From Vicugna vicugna (taxonomy: Eukaryota), in NCBI GenBank assembly GCA_013265495.1, contig MU057999.1, forward strand, positions 620,001 through 684,000: a DNA stretch of 64,000 nucleotides, in the 5' to 3' direction. Made by a program: the position numbers and the translations under genes. Below are positions 25,716 through 36,589 of this stretch, piece after piece; the stretch's first letter is position 1; each line of letters begins with the position of its first letter. A model generated the notes under the pieces. That model was not told the origin of the DNA and did no database searches. It worked only from the letters and a program-made list of their open reading frames with translations.

Positions 25716-27806
25716 TTGGAAAAGTTTGGAGCAGTCAGGCTCCCCCTCACCCCGCGCCGCCAATGCCCCAGCCCAAGGAGCGCGTGGGGCAGCAAGAGGG
25801 GGAACATGTGCCCTTTTGGACCAACCCCACGTTCAGCCACATTTGTGCACACTCCACCAAGCATAAGCCATCAGCTGCTTCCTTTTCAGATGAAAGCCAT
25901 CCAGTTTCCAGGGCTGGGCAGCCTGCTGGTTACCAGGGCTAGGTGCCTTGCACATCAGCAAGGCAAGTGCGTATTCTGGACCTCACCGTCGGAAAACACA
26001 GAAAGAAGCTGTAACTTTCATTTCTGCCTGCATTCAAGCATGGCACTTGAAAAAATATACACATTTTACTTGAAGTAATTTTAAAATTACATATGCTGGT
26101 GGAGTGGTGGAACCATCATCTTTTCCAGGGTGAAGTCTTCTGGGGGATCTCTTTCCAGCCCTGCATTTACCCGAAACTCTCAGTTCTAGGGTGGTTTTTG
26201 CAAGAATTACTTTAATCATTGTCTTCATCGGCGGGCACACTGTACTAAGACCCACTTCATGTCTTTAAGAAGAGTCTTGTAAGTCTGGTAACAGTTACTG
26301 TGTCCCTTTGTGTTTTGTTATATTTTTCCACTAACTTTCCCCCAAATCAGGAACCCTGAAGATGGTTAAAAAAAAAAAAAAAAGAAGAGGATGAATTCAG
26401 TATCTTTTTGATCCTCTCCTGATGCGACAACATGCCCGAGAAGCCACAAGATGAATTTCAGACAGCTCAGGCAAGGTAAGAGCTGCAACAGATGAAGATG
26501 CTGTGCTTCTTCCCCCCGCTGGGCCCATGTGCCCTCACCCCACCCGCGCATTGTCTGGAGGTCTGATTCTTATTGTAAATCTCATGAGCCCACAGCATAG
26601 ATTCGCTAACACTGATGTCTGCTTCCATAGAGCTAGAGCTGGTGCATCTCCCATCAGATGGCCCCGGTAGCAGGGTTAAGGAGGCCATCCCACCCACACG
26701 TGCACATCAGCCAGGACATTGAGGGGTGGTCCCTGAGGGCAGGGGTGTCTTGGGGATATCACCTCCACGCACAGCAAGGGGGACACGGGCAAGCTCTTCA
26801 CCTCCAGGGTGCTGAGGCTCCGCTGCGGTGAATGGCCTTATGAGCGATCATTCTAACAGGGCCCCAGGAGGGCAGGCATTCCTGACTGTCCTGTTCATTG
26901 TTTCACTTACAACAATTAGAACTCCTCTTGCCATGAGTGAGCACTGTAAGGAGGGAATGAATGAACAAATTTACTCTTAGAAGTTCATCCTTCCCCTTTA
27001 TTACTGTCAGAAGGATGGCAGAGCATGGCAACTGAGGTCCTGTCTTCCATTTGTGCAGGGTCACACTAGCATTGATGAGTCAGTCATCTGATCCGGGGGC
27101 TCACACAGCCAGGGTCCCATCGGGGCTCTGGGAGTGGAGATCTGATTGCTGCTAGAATTCCCACGTGCCCACAGTGCAGTTCCACAGTGTTCATTCCTGG
27201 AGGTTGGGCTTATGACTCTCAGAAAGGCACAGAATAAGGCCCAGTGTATCGGTCCAGGCACAGCACTGCCAGAGAAATCCTGGCCCTGCAGGACGACTGA
27301 CGCCTGGCACCAAAAAGAAGAGGCTTTGGAAGCTGATTTCCCTCAGATCTTATTGTATTCTGGGTCCCAGGCCAGGAGTCACAGAACCCTTGACTGGCAT
27401 TTCCCTAGGCCTTGAGTAACACTACCCAAGGCAGGCCGCCATCTTCACAAAATTTTCAAAAGACGGATGACCTGAGAAGCCCCATCTCTCTTGGGAACAC
27501 ATCCAAACCCCGCCATCCCAAATGACTCCAGGTTCTCCCTGATAGCCAGCAAACATGTGGATGCTCAGGTTTACAGCATTCACCCCCGCAATAGCCTCCA
27601 GGAAACAGGGGGACCCGACGCCAAGGAAAACCTGCCATGGTCACAGTGACCCCAGAGACCTGGTTGAGTCCTGAGCAGCCACTGCCTCAGTGGTTAGATG
27701 TCTAAACCAGTCTCCAGACAAGTGAAACCCAATGCACACAGGCATTTTTCAATATGTTGAATTCCAGAGATCGAAAAGAAAATAAAATGAAAACAAGAGA
27801 ATTTAC

Positions 27807-27869
27807 CATGCAGGTCACTGCCTTCCAATTTCTGCCATCTCCGGATTCCGTTTCCGACGACTTGGAGTC
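27807..27869 (-). CDS. KY: KY coding exon 2 (63 nt, phase 1-1)
   Basis: ttcacag|GACTCC...CATG|gtaaat; encodes (G)LQVVGNGIRRWQKLEGSDLH. Confidence 0.93.
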
Positions 27870-30800
27870 CTGTGAAGTAACAAGGACCAGCGTGAGGCTC
27901 TGCAGTAGAGAGACCCAGGCCAGGTGCACCAGTTGCAAACAGCTCTGGGTCAAAGTGTGGCTGGTGGAACTTGGCTCTTCAGGGATCTGAGGGAGGTGGC
28001 CAATGAGACCCACTTGGAGGAATGAATGCCATCCTCACATTTAAAACATTTACAACATCACCACGGGAGTTTTCAAGGGTGGCGGGCTGGTGACCAGGAT
28101 CATCTAGGGAGAATTTTCACAATAGAGATGGCCTTTTGCCACTCCCACATCTCCACTGCACGGATGTGGAACTATTATTATGAAGACATTTGCCATTCAT
28201 TTTGCCTGCCTACTTCTGTACGTGGTGAATCTTCCACTTACAGAGTCTTGATGGGGAGTGGCGGGTGGGCACAGACAGCCCATCCCTATGGGAACAGAAA
28301 GTTACTGTTGCCTGCTCTCCCAGCCTCCCTTGCAGCTTGAGCAGGGACCTGTGTGGCCACGGAAAGGCAGTCAGAGGCACCTGTGTCCCATTCCGTCCTG
28401 GGACATTGTGAGGGAACAGGGAAGGAGATGGAAGCACGTCCTCTCTCTCTCTCTCTCCCTCTCTCTCTGGCAGCGGCTAGAAGTGGTAGCTGCAAGGTCG
28501 AGTTCCTGGCGCAGAACTGGCATATGTCCTGGCAAGGCAAGCAGCTGCAATAAAATCAAGTTTCTGGCGCAGAAGGAGCATCCAGTGCTCCTTGGTGGCA
28601 GCGGAGGCTTCCTCACCAGACCAGCGCTGCTGTGCAGCTTATGGCCCCGTTCCTGGAAGCCCGGCCTGCAAGCTGCTTCTCCAGCCTTTTCCACGGCTCT
28701 GAACCCCCCAGTCTTTTCTCGACACCCTGCTTTTCTGCAGAGCCCTAAGCCATCAGTGTCTGGACTTACTGCTCGGAACCCTCCCTGATACACCCGGGGA
28801 GTGGAGTGCACACATCCCATCAACTTTGAGGAAAAACCTAAGACATCAAAGCTCTTTCAGACCTGGCATGGGCAGCTCAAGGCTACCTTCTCCACGGCCA
28901 GGGGAATACACGATAGGAATTGAGGGCTCCCAGGCACGTTTTGGAGAAGCACTGCTCTAAGGAAGTGGCTGGGGACATGCTAGGGCCCTACTGAAAAGGG
29001 AAGGAGGGTAGAATCTGCTGCCTGGCAGCCTAAATTCCTGGTGCCCACGCTCCTTGCCTCCTTGTCCCTCTGACTCTTTTCTGCCATACAGACACAGCAG
29101 AAAGTCACCTGGTCACAACTTCACATAGTCCTTTGCATGTGACAGTAACCAAGCTTCACTTCTTTTCTTATGCGGAGCTCAGGCCCTCCTTTGCAGAGCT
29201 GGGGAAGATTCCCTGCCCCGCCGGGGGCCTGGAGCTGGGAAGAGACAGGATGAGACGCCTAGAAGTCTGTGTGGGGGTGTGTTTTGGATCTTTGCGCACC
29301 AAGAGGAGGCCTTGGAACAAGCTAGTCTTGTTCAGTGTTGCCCCTCCTTAGGGAGTGGGCCTGCAGGCTGGCATAGCCAGGGGTCTCCCGGACATGACTG
29401 CTGCAGCAGGCCTCGGAGGCCGTGCGCTCGCCCTCTGATGGGCTCCTGTGCAAACCTGTCTGATGGTGAATAAGTGACACCGGTCTCTCCACTGCCGTAG
29501 AGTGGGAGAAATGTCCGTCGGGAAAATATTTGGAGAACAGTATCGGCAGAGAGGGGTCAGCAAACGGGGGTCTTCTTTCCCTGAGTCACGGTTAGGAGTG
29601 TGAAGTGCGTTGGTCTGGAGTCATGCAGGGTTTGTGCCGGGTGTCGAACACCTCTCGGAGCAGCCCTGATCTCTGGCGTTTATGGCCCTTCTCTGTGATC
29701 TCCACCCTCGCTAGTGTCAGAGCCTTTCGGAGAGATGTGATCAGAGGAGGAGAGGGAGGCCGGGCCTCGTGGGGGCCCCTGGCCCCCTGGACTGCGGTAC
29801 GTGTAGCAGGGGCAGCCGCAATTATCTCAAGGAAGGCCAATGGCTTCTGCCAGTTCCCTCCTTACAAACACCCTGGGCGGGCCATTTCCTCTTCTCCCAC
29901 CAGTAGATCTGAGAACTAAAGTACCAACTGACCCAAACAGCTCCAGGGCCCCAAATCCCCCGGGAGACTGAAGTGCCTGGCAACATCCTCAGCTCTCCAG
30001 AATTGACTTCTTTCCCCTGCCTGCCTCCCCAAGAAGTTCCCAGGAGCTACGGGGCAGCCCCAGCCTGTGTGGCTGGTGGCGGCAAAGCCATCCACGGTGC
30101 CAGTGCTTCAGTGGAGCGAGTGGAAGGTGAATGTTCAATACGCACAGGGGCCATGGGGACAGAGGGCCGGGGACAGACTTCAGGGAGCACTGGAGCTGGA
30201 AGGGAGGCAGGAGGCGGACGTCATTTTACCTTGAGGGCGGTCAAGCTTCGCTCCCAAAGAACCCGGGCATAGTCCGCCTAGTGCACCTTCACACCAGCCT
30301 CCTCAAGGGCTCCTGAGGGCTTCCTGATAGACCTGGACCCAAGGGAGTCTCTGACTTATGGGGGGCTGATTTAACCTCCATTATTATCCATCTATACTCC
30401 CTTCACGCTGTGTCCTGTTCTCTGGAGAGTACAGAAGCCAGAGTCTTGCTTTCCACAATCACTCTATGAACAGTCGCTGTATCTTACCAGTTTACCCTTG
30501 TTCAGAAAGTCTGTAGGATATTAGAATTAATAGATTAGCCAGAGTAGGGAGAGCAGCCTTTAAGTCCAACCCTACCCAAGCTTGTGTGCCTTTTACACCT
30601 TGTGTGCCTTCTACTGTAGGAGGCTGGGAGAGGGCTCAAGAGAGGGGACACTGAAGCCATGGGTTGTGCTAGGACACCAAAGGAGCACCCCATCTCAAAA
30701 TCTAACTCACCACACAGATCCCCCTGGATCCCCTGTGCCCTGCAATGTGGCCTGTGGGGAGCAGGCCTTGGGCACGCAAGAGTCAGGCCTGAGGCTCTGG

Positions 30801-30879
30801 TCCCTTTCCTCCAGGGCATCTTCCAACCTGATCTGCACCCTTCAAAGAGTGACTAGCAGGAAACCGGCTCCCGAGGGTG

Positions 30880-31570
30880 ACAGAAGCACAGCAGGCCTGC
30901 ACGGGGAGTCAACCCAGGGCAATCACGGGGCTGCGCGTTGCCACGGGACGCCAGAGCCAGAGCTGTGGCGCGGAGGCGCAGGCAGCCTTGGGGAGCCGGA
31001 CGGCCTCGCTGACCTCGTTCGGGGGCGCGTGGGGCGCCCCCCGGCGGGCGGGCCCCGGGGCGAGGAGGAGGAGGGGCCGGGGGCCATCGATGGACACAGC
31101 GTTGTCGTCCTTCTTCAGCTCCATGGTGCCGCCCGCTCCGGCCGGTGCGCCGCGGCCGCTCGCGAGGCTGCCTGCGCTGCAAATGGCCCGTGCGCGCCGC
31201 TGCCCGGCGCGGGAGACGGCCAGGGCGCGGGAGAGGGCGCTCCCCGCCGCCCAGCCGCGGCGCCGCGTTTCGCTGACTCTGCCAAACTCGCCATTAGGGC
31301 CCGCCCGGGAGGGCGCTACCCCAGTGAAGAAGCTCTAAGTCACCTTTGAAAGGAAATCCCCCGCCGAGGCCCCCGCTCCCGAGTCTCCCTCCCCGCGCCC
31401 CCGGCCTCCCGCCATGGCGCTGGAGCACGTCCTGGGCCCCGCGGGTTACTCTCGGGCCAGCGGGGCTCTGCCCCATCCCGCGATTCCGGGAGGTTTTCCG
31501 AGAGGGCTGTAGATCTCCAAAAGGCGCGGCAAATACAGAGATCGCACAGTGAGAGTCAGTGCGGGAAATG
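30880..31570. promoter_or_regulatory. CpG island / KY promoter and exon 1
   Basis: Very GC- and CpG-rich stretch around the KY ATG, with GC boxes (CCCGCC near 31243 and 31300) and an E-box CAAATG at 31180-31185; no TATA box seen. Confidence 0.85.
31014..31124 (-). CDS. KY: KY coding exon 1 (start codon; 3' part aberrant in this sequence)
   Basis: Strong Kozak context GGCACCATGG. MELKKDDNAVSID matches the KY N-terminus, but sequence below 31086 does not match the expected MLLIVHSEKRR. The best donor is GAG|GTCAGC at 31014/31013, so the 3' boundary is uncertain. Confidence 0.75.
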
Positions 31571-31934
31571 TGAATCGGCAGGGGGCTCCAGATTCGACTG
31601 CAAGGTGTGGAGAAATTGGCCAAATTTTGGCCTTGGCGCCACTCTTTCGGTGGGTGTACTTAGAGCTTGACAGCTCCCTCCGTAAGAGGGAGATAGGTGG
31701 ATGATGGGGTCATGACCCCCTCCCCCATTACGGCCCCACCAGAACTTGGACCTTGCCTGCTGGACGTCAACCTAACAATCCTCTCTGGCCTGAAGTGCAA
31801 GTCTTCACATCACTGTACCTTCTAGAAGCCTGGCTCTTGCCCGGTAGGAAAGGGGGAGGGGAAGAGGAGGCGGCTGAGGTGCAGGGAGCAGCCTGCCATG
31901 GCTGGCGGTCAGGGAGCTGGACCTGAGGGCCCGT

Positions 31935-31944
31935 CTATTTTTAG
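31935..31944. promoter_or_regulatory. Consensus MEF2 binding site
   Basis: CTATTTTTAG (CTAAAAATAG on the minus strand) fits CTA(A/T)4TAG; about 0.8 kb upstream of the ATG of a muscle-expressed gene. Confidence 0.55.
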
Positions 31945-32204
31945 TGGGGCCTGGCCTGCCCAGCCAGCAGTAGCGCGGCCTTTGGCTGTGGGACTCAGGA
32001 GTGTTTACAGCGCATCTGCCTGGTAGCCCTTGGCACGGTGGGCCCACCAGGCTGGGGCCAGTCCTCTAACTTGAGTTTCCACCATTAAGAAATACCATGC
32101 ACGTGGAAGCCTTTGCTCTGGGACCCTCCTTGCCGTGGAGTTCAGTGACCCCACCTTGCAGCACGATCTGGGAGAGCTCCCCCAGCCCCTTGGAGGCAGA
32201 CCCT

Positions 32205-32380
32205 ATGACCCAGGCCTGGGTTCCACACTCGCTGCCCATGTGACCTTGGACAAGACACTTCCCCTGCATTTTCTCACCCGTATCATGGGCGGAATGCAGT
32301 TCCTCCCCCGGCTGCTATGAGTGAGGTGCCTGTGTGGTGCCTGGTACATCGTAAGTGGTCTGCAATTGGTAGCTGTCATT
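32205..32380 (+). mobile_element. MIR SINE fragment
   Basis: ctgggttcc...tgtgaccttggacaag...ttttctcacccgtatcatggg...gtgcctggtacatcgtaagtg. Confidence 0.6.
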
Positions 32381-33084
32381 CTCCCATCATTTTAAGGGTG
32401 AGGAAAGGGACAGGTGAAATGACAAGTCAGTGATGGAGCTGAGGGTCATGCAGCTGACCCCTCAGACTCGGAAGCTCTTTCTCTGCTGACTATGGCTCAC
32501 TGTTTGGCCGCTTGTAAAGGCTGCCACCTCATTGCATCACAGCTGCCCCTTGCCCACCGGGCATCTGATGAAAGGAGAGGTCATTGGCTTCTAGCAGTGT
32601 TGCCCAGAGTCCCGAGAGACCTGAGCTCAGGACCAGCGGAGGTGGTGAATCTCAAAACAGTTTCTGCATGCAGGGAGCCCTGTCCTTCCCTGTCCTGACT
32701 GCCTGCACATGTGCGTGTACACCACTCCCCCTCACACAGATCTCTAGATGACTGGGGAAGTACAACCTATTAATTAATCACCATTTGAAGCTGCTGCGGT
32801 CTTGGAGATTGCCCGGGCAGCCCTCTGGCCCCAGCATTCCCCCACTTGACCTGGGACAGAGGGGCTTAAGTCCTTTGAGGGTGCAGATCCCAACAGAAGC
32901 TCCTGTGCAGCACCTGAATGGGGCTGAGTGGGGAGGAGAGGGCTGCAGACCCCTTGCTCACCAGGCATTTGTGTTTCTGTGCCCCACACTTACTCCCCTG
33001 CTGGGAGTGTTACTCTCAGGAACTCGTTCACCATGGTACCCCTTCCAGAGCTGCCTCTGGAGGGGCGAAGACCTGCGGGTGTGC

Positions 33085-33212
33085 CAGCCCAAGCTCCAGG
33101 AGGATGGTCTGGGGTCCCTACCTATTGGATGCCAGGAGCACCAAAAACCCAGAATGTCTCCAGACATTGACACATGTTTCTTGGGGGACAAAAATGCAGT
33201 GAGAACACTGCT
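33085..33212 (+). mobile_element. hAT-Charlie DNA transposon fragment (MER20-like)
   Basis: aatgtctccagacattgacacatgtttcttgggggacaaaa...tgagaacactgc matches the MER20-type terminus. Confidence 0.6.
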
Positions 33213-35869
33213 TTGGAACAAACCCATGAAAATACAGGCTGGGTGGGCTTGACTGCTCTGGGAGAGGCTACTGCTTTGGGATCTGGATGCTGCTCAGGAC
33301 CCAGACTCAGAGGCTCCCACCCACAGCCCTTAGTCCAGCAGCTTCTTGGGGCCCGCAGAGTTGCTTCTTGCCAGAAGCATGAGCAGAAAAAGAGATGTCC
33401 ACTTCACTCCCCAACCTTCCCACATCCCTGGCCTCTGGTGACCCATCCCCTAAGCCACACTACCTGTTTGGGGCTGAGAGGGAGATACCGCAGGTGGTGA
33501 TGTGGATGAGGGCATTTGGATGTATCTGGGAAGGGAGGAGGAGCAGGAGCGAAGACTGAAGCTGTGAATTATCAGCCAGAAAGTCTGTCCCTCTGCTCAA
33601 ACCCCCCTTCAATTGTTCCCACAACCAATGGGACAAAGAATAAACGCTCAGCCTGTAATTCACAGCCTGGTCCAGCCTCCTTCTACAGACCCATTTCTTC
33701 CTCTTTCCCTGCCACCCCACACATGCGGCAGCCACAGCTTCCCCAGCACATCTGGCCTCTGCTTCCAAGCTTTGCTCCACATCCTAGCCCCTCCATCCTG
33801 CCACCATCCTGCCACCATCCTGAACAGCATGAGATTCAAGGATCTCTGTATTCTGACCCAACCAGTGAATCTACATCCTTGTCTTAAGATCTGACAAGCC
33901 AGGGGACATCTCCATGCTGGGACAGAACTTTAGTTATTTTCATGACAATGAGTTGGAAATTTCAGGACACCAAAAAGACGAAGAACAGTCCCATGGCTAT
34001 AATGTCGCATTTATCCTCTGTCCCATTTAGTACCCAGACACATCTGGCTGTCACTCACACTGCTTTCACCCCTTTGCATGAAGGAGGGATTCGTCAGTTA
34101 AGGAGTTCTGAGCCCTGAGCTGACTTTGCTGTCCTGGAAGTGGGGAGAGGTCGAAAGGGGGAGGCTTACTCACAGCAGACGAGGTCCTCGCCAGGACGGG
34201 GTGTGTTCTGATTCACGCTGTTGTTTTTCTTCAGAAGTAGTAGTTCCTCAGGGACCACCAATCTTAACTCTTACTTCTCTTGAGATTCCGAGGGTCCAGT
34301 TTCCCTCTTCTTTGTAGAGACTTAACAGGCAAGTCAACCCAATAGGCAAGTCAACACGTGAAAGGCTCTTAGGAGGCAATCTGTAGACTTGCTTTTCTCC
34401 ATTGGTGCAGTGGGGAAGGGGTACACAGAGAGAGGGGTGACTCCATGAGGAGCAGGCGACCAAGTCCTAGTCTCTTAACACCCTCGCTTTTCCTGAGATG
34501 GGCAAACCTTTACACAGGCTACCAGACACCTTTCCCAGAAGCCTTTTCTGCAGCTGGTGTCGGCTTCTTGTGGAGTCTTGACTCAGCCTGGCTTGGCTTG
34601 CCTCCAGCTCTGAGTCTCTGTTATTGCTCTCACTTCTTCCTGGAAGACTTCTTCGGACCTCCCTGGCAGGTACATACAGTCCAGCCATTCTTCAAGGCCT
34701 GGCCCTCACCTCCACCCTGAAGCCTTCCTGGTCACCTAGTTCCTGGAGCTCCTAGGGGATGCCAGCTCTGTGTGAGGCCTCTCTTTGTAACCATCCCAAT
34801 AGTTAACAGGACTTGGAAGACTATCCCCTCTCTGATCCCATGCTCATCAAATATAAAAAATCTGTCCATTCCCACAGAAGCAGCTATCCCAGGAAGTTGT
34901 ATGTTTCCAGACTCTACCTCTTAGCAGGGTGACCTTGGTATAAAGTCCTTAGCGATGGTTTAGTTAAAGCTATAGCAGCTTCCTGGGTTCTAGTCAGACC
35001 CCCGTCTGGGTCCTGCTCAGAGGAGGGTCTCATGGATGTGGTGCTACAGTTGGGGAGGGGGGACAGAAGAAACTGGAGGCATCCTTGACCTCCTGGTGGA
35101 GCAGGAAGTTGCCACCCGTCCTGTGTCACTCTCCCCTGTCGCTGTTCAGCCATTGCAGAGAAACTCAGCCAGCCACAGAATCCATTTCGTACTGACATCA
35201 GATCTGTGCAGCAGAATGTGGCTTGACAGGGCTCTCCTTCCTCCCCAACCTTCCCCTGTGCTCTGTGAACGTGGGGTATATCCAGTGAGATGTGCCTCTG
35301 TGTTATCTCCATTTGGGAAACTGAGGCTTAGGGACTTAAGGAGACCTGTGAAAGGTCCCACGGTGTCTTACACAGAGCAGATGATGACACCCTACCCTGT
35401 CTGACTCCAAAGCTCACATGCTGAATCATCTCCCACCCCCGGTGACCATCACATGCCTGTGAGCTGAGGCTGCCTAACATCCCTGCCGAGGGAAAGGGCA
35501 GCCATCTGCCTGCAGGGGAGATGCTTTCAACAGTCATAATGAACACACCTTGAGCTGGGGTCCGAGACCTCTGTTGAGGCTCTTGGGAAAATTCTTTGAG
35601 CTCAAGCCCTGAGCTGGGCCTTTGGGGACAGATTTCTCAGGTTCTGTGGCATCAGTAGGGGAGAGCTGGTGGCAGTGGGAGTAGATGAAAGTTGGTGGTC
35701 TGAAGCAGTGAGGTGGCCGTGCCAGGGACTGAGAGGAAGACAGAGCTCTGCCGTTTGCAGAACCATTAAGAGGTATGCTGTGGTGAGGTTGATTCAAATG
35801 TAAAGAAGTCTTTCCAGTTCTGCTGGGTTTGGATGAGGATCCTGCCTGGCACAGACAGCAGCATCTTCT

Positions 35870-36200
35870 TAAGACCCTACTACGTGCAATGACATTATGA
35901 TGAAATGAGAGTCGGCGTGCCAGGAGGGCTTACCTGTCCTCCTAGAGAGGAAGGTCCAGGAACGCTGCAAGGTGGAGCGGACATCTGAACTGTGTCCTTG
36001 AGAATGAATGAGTAGGAAGAGTCCCAGGAGAAGGGCGAGGACTTTTCAGGCAGAGGAGCAGTCTGGAAGGAGGGGGCTGAGGGGCCGGAGGGAGGGCTGG
36101 AGGTGAGAGAGAAGATGACAGGTTTCAGGACATGAAAGCAGGGTGATCTGGTTGATGCCGCAGTACAGGGAGGAGAGGTCAGCAGGAGGCAGAACCTGCC
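35870..36200 (-). mobile_element. L2 fragment
   Basis: gacatctgaactgtgtccttgagaatgaatgagtagga...ttcaggcagaggagcag resembles reversed L2 3' sequence. Confidence 0.5.
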
Positions 36201-36589
36201 ATGGGTGGGGCCCCTGCTGCCAACCTGAGCAGTGATGGATGTCTGCCGGGAGGCGGGAGCAGGGAGTGTTCAGGAGGGGGAGGGGCAGGCCTGACAGTTA
36301 CCCCGGACTGGCCTTCTGGAGGGGGTGCTAGGCAAGGGGATGATGGCATGGAAAGATCATCCTTGGGCTGTGTGAGGAAAGGGGCATCTGGGGGTGCAGT
36401 GAGGAGTATCTAGGCTAGGGGGAGCCGGCTCAGAGCAAGGGCGTGGGAGGGGGCAGGCGCTGGTGGGCAGGCAGGTGATACATGAGGCCTCTGCTCCAGC
36501 TGGAGGGCAGACCTGGCTCAACCCTCAGACACAGGTGACCACTCCAGGTGAGCAGGGCCACAGGCTTCCACCAGTGAGACAAGCAGCCT

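Larger units (their letters stand above)
6742..31124 (-). other. KY: KY gene body, coding exons 1-8 (3' part lies outside the window)
   Basis: Eight collinear minus-strand exons translate to MELKKDDNAVSID...GLQVVGNGIRRWQKLEGSDLHGNLVEKQHPQQTQVITSYDSQGTQLTVEVHPRDAMPQLLKKFSLAKCLQGDKNGNTRPRQPGGKDAHAYPWDRSSLKSMPLDLRQFEKLDTYASQVTVKSGLDELVSDLLQEAHSDLERVRAIWIWICHHIEYDIEAAQEKDRQAFKPTTILQTQKTNCDGYAGLFEKMCR, recognised as mammalian KY. Splice phases are consistent from exon 2 to exon 8. Confidence 0.97.

Noticed and set aside
30582..31349. 255-aa plus-strand ORF antisense to KY exon 1
   Set aside because: Stop codons are naturally scarce in a CpG island; the start is non-ATG and there is no recognisable homology.
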